A stretch of DNA of 64,000 nucleotides. It comes from an uncultured Gemmatimonadales bacterium (lineage in GTDB: Bacteria; Gemmatimonadota; Gemmatimonadetes; Gemmatimonadales; Gemmatimonadaceae). The notes under the pieces were generated by a model that saw nothing but the letters and a program-made list of their open reading frames with translations, had not been told where the DNA came from and did no database searches. Positions 10,764-23,096 of the stretch are shown here, in pieces (position 1 is the stretch's first letter; every line of letters starts with the position of its first letter). The stretch lies in contig CAWKMU010000003.1 in NCBI GenBank assembly GCA_963850905.1, positions 3,392,001 through 3,456,000 on the forward strand. The letters run 5' to 3'. The translations under genes and the position numbers were made by a program.

Positions 10764-13318
10764 TCACTTGCTCTTCCCGATCGGCGGCCGCTCCGCCGGG
10801 CGGCCGAGGAGCGCGCCCCAGCTCCGCGTACGCCGTACCGAACGTACTCAAATCGCCCCGCTTGAGAGCACTTTGCATCGTATCGTACAACGCTGTTACG
10901 CGCGCCCGGAAGGCAGCCGCGTCGGCGCTGCTCGCGACCGGTGCGACCGGCGACGGTGTCAGCGTATCGGCGCCGATCGCCTCCGCAAGCGACGCGCCGG
11001 CGAGAATGCTGTCGCCGACCAGCGCGGTGACGCCGAGCATCGTCTTCGGCCCATCGGTTCGCCACGCGTACAGCGGTTGAACAAACGCCAGTCGATCGCC
11101 CACGAGCACTGACCTCAGATGCCCGCGCGACGTGCTGGCGTCGCGACGGCTGCCCAAGACCGAGTCGCCCGCCTGACGGAGCCTCGACACGACAGAGGTC
11201 CAGAGCGCTGGCGCCCAGTCGAGCGGGACCCACACGACGTCACGCTCCGCCCCGCCCGTCGCGACCACGAGGCCCGCCACGTGGTCCGTCACGTCCATGA
11301 GGGGCACGACCGTCGCACAAGCGTTGTCGGCTCGCGCGGCGATGCACGGGGGTTGGCCGCTCGTCATGAGCGAATCCGCGTTGTCCGCAATGGCCGGTTG
11401 CAAGAGCGGCCCCGTGCCCGCCCGCTCGGACGTCCGGGCACCCACCGACCCGAACGCGTCTGCCAGTGCGGTCGCGGCGTCGGTCGCCGGTGGCGCCGCC
11501 GCCGCGAGCCCTGGCGCCAGCGGCGGAACGCGGCGTGAACAAGCTGGGAAACGCCCGCAACCAGCTGTCAGCCACGACGTCGTGGACGGAATCCGCGACC
11601 AGGACCACACGACCGGTATAGGCGTGGACGAAGGCGGTGGCAGCGTGCTGGAAGTAGCTGCGCTGCTCCCCGGCGAGCACGAAGTGCTCGCTGAGCGGAT
11701 ACATGTCGGCTGCCACGTAGAGGTCGATCGACCCAGTACAGCGAATCGGCGGACAAGACCGGCCAGATGACACTGCCCTGCGTAAAGAACGGCGCGATCG
11801 CTCGCACGCGATCGGCGACATCGCGCCGGTCGACGAGGCGCGGGCGTGGCTCCGGTAGTGGCGTGGCGAGCCAGTTCAGCCGCTGCGCACTCCACGACGC
11901 GGCTAGTTGCGCGACGACCCCATCGAGCGCCGGCGCGGCAATGCGGTCGAGCGAGTCGGCGACAATCAGCGGGCCGTCGGCGCCGGGATAGACCAACACC
12001 GGTGGCACCAGCACCTCATCGCTGCTGGGTCGGCCCGCAAGATCCGTCCGCTGAGGGGTGCCGCGCTCGTCGAGCGCCGTCGCGCGAGCCGGGAGCAGCG
12101 CGCCGGGTGCCAGCGGCGCGATGGTCCCGCCGTCGGCCGGCGCTTCTCCCCCATATTCGACGGCCAGGGCCAGCAGGCCCGCCGGAGACCACCGCCACGC
12201 CACCACGTCCGCCAGCGCGGACTGGTGGCGAGGGACGGTCAGCGCTTCGGTCAGGGCTTTGGGGTCCCAGATGGAGATCCGCGGCACCGCCTCGGCCAGG
12301 GAGGAGAACGCGATGGGCGCGGCGCGGCTTGGAACGGTGACCAGTCGATTGATGCCGTATGCGGTGCGCGTCGCCTGTCGGCGCACGATGATGTAGTCCT
12401 GATCACGGGCGGCGCTATCCGGTCCCGCGGTGCCGTGCTCGATCAACGATGCGGTGAAATGATACGCGCCGAGCATGAGCAGCGCCGCCGTCACACCGAT
12501 CAGCGCTGTCTTGATTTGGTTGCGCCAGAGCGCCAGCGCAGTGACTACGCCGGCAGCGAGCAGCACAATGGCGAGTAGACGCTCCGCCGGAATCACGAAG
12601 TGATGATCCGCGTGGGTAAACAAGCCGCCGGGGCCGGAGCCGTGACTCAAAACCGCGTAGGCGTCGAGCCGGTAGTTCCACGCCACGACGGCGAAGAACA
12701 ATGGCGTGAGCGCCGCGAGATGCCGGCGCACATGCGCCGTGAGCCGGAACCGATTGCGGTCCCACCGCAGATTCGGCGTCACGACGACATACAACACGGC
12801 GACGACGAATACCGTGCCCACCAGCACGAGAAGCGTGCGCACGTAGAGCGCGTTCTCGAGTGGCAGCCAGTACACGAAGAAGCCGAGATCGTGGTCGAAG
12901 TACGGATCTGTGACGCCGAACGGCACGCCATAGCGCGCGGCCGCCAGTTCCATCCACGGCTCGGGCGGCAGAGCCAGGAGCAACCCCAACACCACGGCGG
13001 CGATCGCGGTCGCAGTGGTGAGATACCGGCCGGGCAGCTCCTCGCCGATCTCGACGTTGGCCAGCCTGCGCGGGAGCACGACCGAGACGATGGACTGCCG
13101 CACCGCGTAGAGATTCGCGAACACGAACGCCGTGGTCACCGCCGCGATCGAGCCGGTGAGGAGCAGCCGGTTGACCACCTGCGCCGCCCAGAGGCTCGTG
13201 GCGTGCATATGCGCAAACCACTGATAGTCGATGAACAGGCCGGACAGGATGCGGCCCACGAGGAGCACACCCGCCGCCCCACGCACGAACAGCGACCGCG
13301 CATCCGGCGACGGGTCAT
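10764..13318 (-). CDS. UPF0182 family membrane protein; frameshifted
   Basis: DYQWF, FGVTDPYFDHDLGFFVYWLP, TRTAYGI, RVRAIAPF, and a C-terminal LYDTMQSALKRGDLSTFGTAYAEL; multiple N-terminal TM helices. Confidence 0.8.
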
Positions 13319-13375
13319 CAGTGGACGGTGGCGCCGGGTTGCGCCGAACCGCCCCGAGCGGAGCGGGCCGTGTGG

Positions 13376-14757
13376 TCAGGTGCGGACGCCCTGCGTCGCG
13401 AGCCACGCTTCCATCTCGGCGCGGATGGCCGCCAGCCGATCGCTCGTCTGCGCCTCGAAGCGCAGCACGAGCACCGGTTGCGTATTCGAGGCGCGAATCA
13501 GCCCCCAGCCATCGCCGAATAGCACGCGCACGCCATCGACGTCAATCACGTCGTGCGTCCGCTTGAAGTGCGTGGCCGCGGCCTCTACGACAGCGAATTT
13601 CCGGTCGTCCGGACAATCCGCTCGGATCTCCGGGTGTCGAGACGAACGTCGGCACGTCGGCCAGCATCGCGGCCAGCGGGACCCCCGCGGCCGCGACGAT
13701 CCGAAGCAGACGGGCCGCGCCGTACAGCGCGTCGTCGTGCCCGTAAAAACCCTCGGTGAAGAACATGTGGCCCGACATTTCGCCGGCGAGCGGCGCCTGC
13801 AGCGCCTTCATCTTGTCCTTGATCAGCGAATGGCCCGTTCGCCACATGACCGGCATCGCCACCCGCCGCCTCGATCGCCATGGGCAGCGCCTGCGAGCAC
13901 TTGACATCGAAGATGATGGGCTGGCCGCGGCCCGGTCCGCGAGAGGACGTCCCGCGCGTAGAGGATCAGGACGTGGTCGCCCCACACGATCGCTGCCGGC
14001 GGCGTCGACGACGCCGATCCGGTCGGCATCGCCATCGAAGGCAATGCCCGAGATCGGCGCCGCGCGTGTCGCACGGCGGCGATCAGGTCCTGCAGATTCT
14101 CGACGACCGTCGGATCGGGATGATGATTGGGGAACGTGCCGTCGCTCTCGCAGAAGAGATAACTCGCGTCGAGTCCGAGGCGCCCAAACAGGCTTGCCCG
14201 CGACGAGCGAGCCCGCGCCGTTGCCGCAGTCGAAAACGACGCGCAGACCGGCGCGCGAGCGGCCCTGTGCGCGCGCACGACATCATCGATGTAGCGGTCG
14301 ATCACCGCCGCTGGACCGGACGGACCCCTGGCCCGCTCGCGAAACGCCCCGCGTTGAATGAGCGCCAAGACAGTGCTGGATCTCGTCGCCGTGCAGCGAC
14401 TCATGGCCGACGCACAGCTTGAACCCGTTGTACTCCGGCGGATTGTGCGAGCCGGTGATCTGGATGCCGCCGACGACGGGCTCGTGATGCAGCGCCCAGT
14501 AGAGCAGCGGGGTCGGCACGACGCCCAGCGTCGACGACATCGACGCCGCTGGCGGTGAGCCCCGCGACCAGACCGGCCTGCAGTGCCTCGCCACTCGGCC
14601 GGTTGTCTCGTCCCACCGCCACCGCACCGCGGAACCCTCGCTCCGCGAGGACCGCGGCATACCCGCGACCAATCGCGCGTGCGGTCTCCGGCGCGAGGTC
14701 CCGTCCGACGACTCCGCGGATGTCGTACTGTCGGAAGATCCCCGGTGCGACCGTCAT
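13376..14757 (-). CDS. Phosphomannomutase/phosphoglucomutase; several frameshifts
   Basis: IFRQYDIRG, ITGSHNPPEYNGFK, DGTFPNHHPDP, AGEMSGH, WGLIRASNTQP. Confidence 0.92.
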
Positions 14758-16423
14758 GGCCGCAGCGCGGCACTCGCGATGGGAGAAGTCGCTCGAGGCG
14801 CGATCACGGCGACTGGCACGCCGGTCGGCGGCGTGCCGAAGTAGCCCGCGGCGTCACCAGCGGCACGCTGCGCGCGCTCCACGTCACGAGGTACGACGGC
14901 ATGGCCCCGAGCGCCAGCAGCAGGACGACGCTGACCAGCACCACCGACTCGGTCAACGCGCCGATACCGCCGGCGGCAATGTGTCGTCGGCTCGGCCGGC
15001 GCGGGACGCATGAACATGATCGTGACGACCCGCAGGTAGTAGCCCGCGGAGATCACGCTCGTGATCACAATCGGCGATCGCCAGATTGGTCTGCGGCGTC
15101 GGCGCGCCGAGATACGCCGCCCGCAGCGCCGCCGCGATCATGTACCACTTCGCTACGAAGCCAAGGCCGCCGAACACGGGGAAGCCGAGCAGCGCAAGCA
15201 TGCAGACCGCCATCCCAGCCGCCAGCCACGGGTGGGTCGTCCACAGGCCCGCGTAGTCGTCGATGTCGAGATCGCGCCTCGCCAGCGCTGCCGAGCGCGA
15301 CGACGACCGCGAAGGCGCCCATGGTGGCGAGCGTGTAGGCGGCCAGATAGAACAGGAACGCCGATGCCCCGAGCGTCGTGCCCGGCAACGACCGCGACCA
15401 GCACGTAGCCCGCCTGCGCGATGCTCGAGTACGCGAGCATGCGTTTGATGTTCCGCTGGGCCAGCGCGACGATGTTCCCGACGAGCATCGTGAGGACCGC
15501 AAGGAACCAGAGCGCGTCGTGCCAGCGGAAGACGACATCGGGCAACGCTTCCACCCAGACGCGGATGAAGGCGGCGAACGCGGCCGCCTTCACAGCCGCC
15601 GCCATGTACGCGGTGATCGGCGTCGGCGCGCCTTCGTAGACGTCCGGCGCCCACATGTGAAAGGGCACCGCCGCCACCTTGAACCCGAACCCGACCAGCA
15701 GCAGCGCGACGCCCATGGTCACGAGCGGCGTCCCGCCCAGCGCGTACGCGCGGATCCGCTCGCCGATCTTCGGCCAGATTCGTGGAGCCGGTCGCGCCGT
15801 AGATCAGCGCCATGCCGTACAGCAGAAACCCGGTCGAGAACGCCCCGAGCAGGAAGTACTTGAGCGCAGCCTCGGCCGACCGCGCGCTGCGCCGGTTGAG
15901 TCCCGCCAGCACGTACACGGCGATCGACATCAGCTCGATGCCGAGGAAGACGATCATCGAGGTCGCGCGCAGCCGCGAGCAGCATCATCCCGACCGTCGC
16001 GAACAGCACCAGCACGTGCACTTCGGCGCTGCACGAATGCGCTCGCGTCGGTTGTAGTCGATCGATAGCGCGATCGTCCCGAACGTCGCGACGAGGAAGA
16101 TGATGTCGGAGGCCCAGCGGAATTCGTCGACAGCGATCGGGCCGGGCAGCGCCGTCCACACCCGCGACGCGTAGAACATCACGACCGCGAGCGTCACGGC
16201 CACGAGCCAGAGGCTCAACTGGCCGACCCGACGCTGGAGGGCCTCGCTGTCCGGCCGCGAAGCCGCGACGAGCATGAGGACCATCGCACCGATCGCGAGC
16301 ACGAGGTCGGGGCCGAGCGCGACGGTCAGCTGCGACGGGAACGCTCAGATCGAAGACGGTCGACGCCGTCCGGGCTACGCCGGGGAGCGGCACGGCCTGT
16401 TGCAACAACGCCCGCATCATCAT
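14754..16423 (-). CDS. nuoN: NADH-quinone oxidoreductase subunit N; frameshifted
   Basis: [44 protein letters not shown]. Confidence 0.9.
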
Positions 16424-18108
16424 CGAGTGCCCTCAGCCGGGGCGGCGGTCCGCGGCGCCGGCAGACGAGTCGCGGCCCTGCGAGTGCGGTGGCGGCGCGC
16501 GTGCGATCCACTTGCTCAACCACGGCGAGAGCCGACAGCTGCGTCCGTCGCAGCACCGGCGCGGGATAGATGCCCAGCCAGCAGATGCTGGCGACCAGCG
16601 GCGCCATGAGGCCCAGCTCCCGCCAGTTCAGGTCGCGTAAGCCGGCGTTCTGCGGCTTGTCGAGCGCGTTGAACAGGATGCGCTGGATCGCCCAGAGCAG
16701 GTACGCGGCGGCGAAGATGACGCCCGACCGTCGCGAAGAGCGCGAAGTACGGCTCGGACCGGAACGACCCGATCAGGACGAGGAACTCGCCCACGAACCC
16801 GTTCGTCCCCGGCAGCCCGATGCTCGACAGCGACACGAAGGTGAGCAACGCCGCGAACAGCGGGACGACGCGCGCGATGCCGCCGTACGCGCTGATCATG
16901 CGCGTGTGGGTGCGCTCGTAGATCATGCCGATCAGGAGGAACAGCGCGCCGGTCGAGATGCCGTGGTTGATCATCACGAGGATCGCGCCCTGTACGCTCT
17001 GCTCGCGTGAGCGCGAAGATGCCGAGCATCACAAAACCCAGGTGGCTGACCGATGAATAGGCCACGAGACGCTTGAAGTCGGGCTGCACCAGCGCCACGA
17101 GTGCGCCGTAGAGGATGCCGACGACCGCCAGGACGAGAATGATCGCGCGGATCGTCGGATCGATCGCGGCCGACGGGAACAGCGGCAGCGCGAAACGCAG
17201 GAATCCGAACGTCCCCATCTTGAGCATGATCCCCGCCAGGATCACCGAGCCCGCCGTCGGCGCCTCCGTGTGCGCGTCTGGCAGCCAGGTGTGGAACGGG
17301 AACATCGGCACCTTGACCGCGAACGCGACGAAGAACGCGCCGAAGAGCCACCGGGCGATGACCGGCGTCAGGCTCAGACGGGCCAACAGGTCCGGATAAC
17401 TGAAATCCGGCGGCCCAGTCTCACCCCGCGGACCGCCGACGTGGAAGCCGACGTACAGGATCGCCACCAGCATGAGCAGCGATCCCGAGGAACGTGTACA
17501 GGAAGAACTTGATGCTGGCGTAGATGCGCCGCTCGCCGCCCCAGATGCCGATGATGAAGTACATCGGGATCAGCATCACTTCCCACATCACGTAGAACAG
17601 GAACAGGTCGAGCGACATGAACACGCCGAGCATGCCGCGTCGTCAGGATGAGCATCAGCGCGTAGAACGCCGGGACGTCGCGACCGCACGCTCGTCCAGC
17701 TGCCCAGCACCGTGAGCGGCAACAGGAACGTCGTCAGCAGAATGAGGACGAGGGCCATGCCGTCGATGCCGAGCGTAGAAGGTGATGCCCCAGCCCGGGA
17801 TCCACGGGACGCGGACGGCGCTCTGCCAGCCCGCGGCTGCCGGATCGAACGTCCACCACAGACCGACCGAGACCACGAATTCGAGCAGGAAGGTGAGCAG
17901 CGCCGCCCACCGGGCGAACTGAGCACTCGGCGTGATGGGCTGCGCGTCGGCGCTCGCTCCCGTCGGCCCAACCGCCGCCGTGCCCACCGTGCCCTCGCGC
18001 ATCGCGCCGCCAATCCAGATGATCACGCGCACCGACGACCGGGATGAGCAGCAGTGCCGGGAGAATCCACCGGTCGTAGCCCAATGACAGTAGGAAGTCG
18101 CGCATCAT
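16420..18108 (-). CDS. nuoM: NADH-quinone oxidoreductase subunit M; frameshifted
   Basis: [56 protein letters not shown]. Confidence 0.9.
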
Positions 18109-20317
18109 CAGGACCGGAGTGCGACGGCGCCCAACACGACGACCACACCAGCGACCAGCGCCCACGCATAGGTGCCGACCTCGCCGTTCTGCAGCGGCCG
18201 ACCCTGCGTCGCCGAGCCATCGCCACACCGCGCCCGAGAGATTGACGATACCGTCGATCAAGCCATCGACGCCCCGCCACAGCACGTTGCGCGAGACAAC
18301 CATGAGCGGCTCGACGACGGTGCGATCGTACACTTCGTCGACGTAGTACTTGTTCGCGATCACGCGCTCGATGCCGTGCTCCGACGGGCTGGGGCTCCCG
18401 GGCCGGCTTGAGGGCGGCCGGCTTGAGTCGCAGCACGGCCACGCAGTACGCCGAGGACCGCCACGACGGCGGCGACGCCCGCCAGCATCGCCGCCATCCG
18501 CGGGTCGGCCTGCGCCCGCCGTGCCGGCGAGGTGCTGCGATCGCGGCCCCAGTCACGGGATCGAGCCATCGGTCGAGCACATCGGGCCGGCACGATGGGC
18601 AGACCAGGCGGGATCATTGAGGAAGCCGCCGAACGCGCTCAGAACGCCCAGCACGACGAGTGGCGCCGTCATCACCACGGGCGCCTCGTGGAGGTGCGCG
18701 GCCTCGCGCTCGCCCGTCCGGTTGGGACCGTGGAACGTGTAGAGCATGAGCCGCGTCATGTAGATCGCCGTGAGGAACGCGGCCAGCGAGCGACATGCCA
18801 TAGACGGCGTAGAGCACGGTGCTCCCAGGGATGCCCAAGCCAGGTGGCCTCGCCCAGCGTCGATCCCTGCGCGCGCTCGAACACCGTGCCCAGGATCTCG
18901 TCCTTGGAGAAGAACCCGGCGAATAGCGGGATGCCCGCGATCGCGAGCGTCGCGATCCACATGAGGGCCCAGGTCACCGGCAGTTTCGTGCGGAGGCCGC
19001 CCATGTTGCGCATGTCCTGCGCATCCTCGTGCGAATGGGTCTCGTGATAGGCCGCGTGCATCGCGTAGATCACCGAGCCCGCACCGAGGAACAGGAGCGC
19101 CTTGAAGAAGGCATGCGTGACGAGGTGGAAGATCCCCGCGGCGTACGCTCCCGCGCCCACCGCCGACGAACATGTACCCGAGCTGCGAGATCGTCGAATA
19201 CGCCAGCACCTTCTTGATGTCCCACTGCTTGAGGCCGATCGTCGCCGCGAACAGCGCCGTGACGCCCGCCGATCACGCAGACCGTCAGGTCCGCCGCCGG
19301 CGCGATCGCGAACAGCATCGACATTCGCGCCACGAGATACACGCCCGCGGTGACCATCGTGGCCGCGTGGATCAGCGCCGATACCGGCGTCGGGCCGGCC
19401 ATCGCATCGGGCAGCCAGACGTAGAGCGGAATCTGCGCGCTCTTGCCCGCGCATCCCAGCAGCAGGAACAGACAGATCGCACGTCACCACCGGGCCGCCG
19501 CTCGGGAGCGTAGGCGCGGCCGCAGCGATGCCCGTGTAATCCAGCGTCCCCACATTGGCGAACAGCATGAACATCGCCATGAGGAAGCCGAAGTCGCCAA
19601 TCCGGTTGACGATGAACGCCTTCTTGCCGGCATCGGCGTTGGCCTGGTCCGAGAACCAGAACCCGATCAGCAGATAGGAGCACAGCCCGACACCTTCCCA
19701 GCCCACGAACGTCACCGGCAGGTTGGCGCCCAGCACCAGCACCAGCATGAAGAGCGACGAAGAGGTTCAGGTACGCGAAGTAGCGGGGGTACCCGGGATC
19801 GTCGCGCATGTAGCCGACGCTGAAAATGTGGATCAGCGCACCGACGCCCGTGATCACCAGCACGAGCGTCATCGAGAGCTGATCGAGCTGGAACGCCGCG
19901 TCGATCTGCAGGTCGCCGACCGGCATCCAGGGGAAGTACCGCTGGATGAACGGCGTCGTGGGCGATGCCGCCGACCATCGCAGCCCAGATCGCGCACGCG
20001 AGCCCGAACGCCGCGATGAGGACGAGCGGCCCGATGATGCTCACCACCCCGGCGAATCGGTGGCGCGCCGCGTGGGCCTGCCGCCGTGCTGCGTCGCCAT
20101 GCTGCGCCCGGCGCGTGCCCATGCCCGTGCGCGCCGTCGGATCGCTCGGGCCGATGTGCGCGGCGCCCATCACCGACAGGGCGCCGTTGATCACGAACCC
20201 CAGCAGCGGGAGCAATGGGAGCGCCCACATCCACTCGGCCGCCGTGCCGGCCAGCGGGTGCACAGCAGTGGACACCCGCGCGGAGTCCGCGAGTTGAAAC
20301 ACAGTGGGAGAGAGCAT
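18108..20317 (-). CDS. nuoL: NADH-quinone oxidoreductase subunit L; frameshifted
   Basis: [61 protein letters not shown]. Confidence 0.9.
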
Positions 20318-20610
20318 CACCCTTTCAGGAGATTGATGGCCGTCATGTTGACCGTCTGGCGATGACGGAAGATCGAGATGATGATCGCCAAGCCGACAGC
20401 CGCCTCCGCAGCGGCCACGGTCATCACGAACATCACGAACACCTGCCCCGCGTACCCGTACAGCCGCGAGAACGCGACGAACGACAGATTCACGGCGTTG
20501 AGCATGAGCTCAACGCACATGAAGATGAGGATCGCGTTGCGGCGCGTGAGCACGCCGACGACCCCGATGGCGAACAGCACCGCCGAGAAAAAGAGCGCAT
20601 CAACGACCAC
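20317..20610 (-). CDS. nuoK: NADH-quinone oxidoreductase subunit K
   Basis: [28 protein letters not shown]. Confidence 0.95.
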   Translation of the reverse strand: MVVDALFFSAVLFAIGVVGVLTRRNAILIFMCVELMLNAVNLSFVAFSRLYGYAGQVFVMFVMTVAAAEAAVGLAIIISIFRHRQTVNMTAINLLKG

Positions 20611-21223
20611 TGGTCACCATCCCGCCAGCGGACGCCGCTGGTGCCGCCAGTTCGCTGGCCTCTATGTAGGCGTCCGCCGCCGCCTCCTCCGCCTCGCTTC
20701 GCCTGCGGCCGATCGCGACCGCGCCCACCACGGCCGCCAGCAACAGCACGCTCGTGACCTCGAACGCCAGCAGGTACTCGGTGAACAACGAGTGCGCAAT
20801 CGGAGCGACGGCGCCGCTCTCGATTGTCGCACGCGCGAGCGAATCGGGCCGGATCTGGAGCGAGGGCACCATCGAAACGCGCGGCAGGCGGGCGAGCACC
20901 GCGGCCAGGACGAGGATCGCCAGTCCACCCGATGCGAGCCAGGGCGCTACGCCGCTCGTGTCCACGAGCTGGCTGGGCTCGCCCAGGTTCAGCAGCATGA
21001 TCACGAAGAGGAAGACCACCATGATGGCGCCCGCATAGACGAGCACCTGGATGACGCCAATGAACTGGGCGTCCAGCAGCACGTACAGCGCCGACAGACA
21101 AAACAACACGTTGACGAGCCACAGCGCCGCGGCCACGGGACTCTTCCGCGTGACGAAGATGACCGCCGAGGCGACCGCGACCAGGCCGAAGAAGTAGAAG
21201 ATGAGTTGGTAGAACAGTGTCAT
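20600..21223 (-). CDS. nuoJ: NADH-quinone oxidoreductase subunit J
   Basis: [33 protein letters not shown]. Confidence 0.94.
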   Translation of the reverse strand: MTLFYQLIFYFFGLVAVASAVIFVTRKSPVAAALWLVNVLFCLSALYVLLDAQFIGVIQVLVYAGAIMVVFLFVIMLLNLGEPSQLVDTSGVAPWLASGGLAILVLAAVLARLPRVSMVPSLQIRPDSLARATIESGAVAPIAHSLFTEYLLAFEVTSVLLLAAVVGAVAIGRRRSEAEEAAADAYIEASELAAPAASAGGMVTSGR

Positions 21224-21233
21224 GGGCGGCGCG

Positions 21234-21731
21234 CTACTCCCCAAGGGGGTCGGTCGGATCCCACATCTCGCACACCGGATGCGTCTGAGCCATCAGTCGC
21301 TCGAGATCGTACACGAAGCCATCGCGACTGTACTCGGAGTTCTCGTAGTGGCGACCCACATGAATCGCCTCCTCGGGACATACTTCCTGGCAGTAGCCGC
21401 AGAAGATGCAGCGGAACTCGTCGATCTCGAAGACCAGCGGATAGCGGTTGCCCTGCTCGTCCTCGCCGGGCACGAGCTTGATGCAGTTGGCCGGGCACAC
21501 GGTCGGGCACAGCCCGCACGCCACGCACTTCGCCTTGCCATCTTCGGTCGTGAGCATCCGGTGCGTGCCGCGCCAACGGGCCGAGATCGGGTCGCGCTCC
21601 TCCGGGTACTGCACCGTGACCTTGTCCGGGTTGATGAGATGCTTGAAGGTGAGTGCCATGCCCTTGAGCGCGGCACGCACGTAGCTCACTTCCTCGATGG
21701 GGCGCTCGAGCACTTTGACGGTGATCGCCAT
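21234..21731 (-). CDS. nuoI: NADH-quinone oxidoreductase subunit I
   Basis: Two ferredoxin motifs CVACGLCPTVCP and CIFCGYCQEVCP; TVQYPEE. Confidence 0.96.
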   Translation of the reverse strand: MAITVKVLERPIEEVSYVRAALKGMALTFKHLINPDKVTVQYPEERDPISARWRGTHRMLTTEDGKAKCVACGLCPTVCPANCIKLVPGEDEQGNRYPLVFEIDEFRCIFCGYCQEVCPEEAIHVGRHYENSEYSRDGFVYDLERLMAQTHPVCEMWDPTDPLGE

Positions 21732-21737
21732 ATGACT

Positions 21738-23096
21738 TCAGTCTCCTGATTCGAGCGAGCGTGACACCGGCACACCACCCACGGCTGATCGCCGGGCGAG
21801 CGTGGAACGGCGCTCGACCGCCCGCAACCGCTTGAGCTCGACCTCGCGGATCCGAGCGCTGGCGGGGCTGATGAGACGACCGCGATCGATTACGACGAAC
21901 AGGATCAGCACGATCAGAACATTCACCGCGAACAGGCACAGATCGTAGACCTGCGCGGCATGTGGACCCGTCCGCCCGACCCCCAACGCGTCGAGGCCCA
22001 GCATCGCCGCCGCGATCACCACGATATAGCCGAGAGCGAGGGGCAGCATGAGCTTCCACCCCAACGACATCAGCTGATCGTACCGGAATCGCGGGAGCGT
22101 CCAGCGCACCCACATGTACAGGAACAGGAAGAACATCACCTTGAGCACGAACACCAAGAGCGTGATGACCGTTTTCCACCAGGCCCAGGGCGCGGTGTTC
22201 ACCGCGTTCCAGAACGGCACCGTCCAGCCGCCGAAGAACAGCGTCACGATGAGGGCGCTCGCCGTGACCAAGTTGCAGTACTCGGCAATGAAGAAAAGCG
22301 AGAACTTCATCGCACTGTACTCGGTGTGGTAGCCCGCGATGAGCTCCGACTCGGCTTCCGGCAGATCGAACGGCAACCGATTCGTCTCCGCGAACGCGGA
22401 AACCAGGAACAGGAGACACGCCACGCTGAGACTGAGCACGTTCCAGCAGGCCTGTCTGCTGCTGGCGCACGATCGTGTTCAACGTGACGTTGCCCGCGAG
22501 CAGCAACACGGGGATGGTCGACATGCCCAACGCGATCTCGTAGGAGATCATCTGCGCGCTCGACCGCAGTCCGCCCGAGCAAGCGCGTACTTGTTGTTCG
22601 ATGACCACCCGGCCAGCACGACGCCGTAGACGCCGAGGGACGACAGGGCGAGGATGTAGAGGTAGCCGATGGGGAGGTCGGCGATGACCAGGTCCATCCG
22701 ACCCCACGGCAGCGGCAACGGCGCGCGCGAACGGGATCACCGCCCAAAGCGAGAGCGCCGGAATGAAGGCGAGCGCCGGAGCGAGCAGGAAGAGCGGCTT
22801 GTTCACCGCCTCCGGCATCGTCTCTTCTTTCATGAAGTTCTTGACGCCGTCGGCCAGCGGCTGGCCCCATCCCTTGATGACACGGTTGGGCCCGAGCCGA
22901 TCCTGAATCCAGGCCGAGATCTTCCGCTCAGCGAGCGTCAGGAGCGCGCGGCCACCATGTACACGGTGAAGACGACCAGGATCTTCACGATCGTGTAGAT
23001 CAGCGGCACGCTGATCGGTCCGAAAAACCCGATCGCGGGCGGTGGCTGCTGCGGATCGGCCGCCTGCAGCAGCATGGGGACCATGGCCCAGGCCAT
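21738..23096 (-). CDS. nuoH: NADH-quinone oxidoreductase subunit H; frameshifted, start uncertain
   Basis: [49 protein letters not shown]. Confidence 0.9.
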
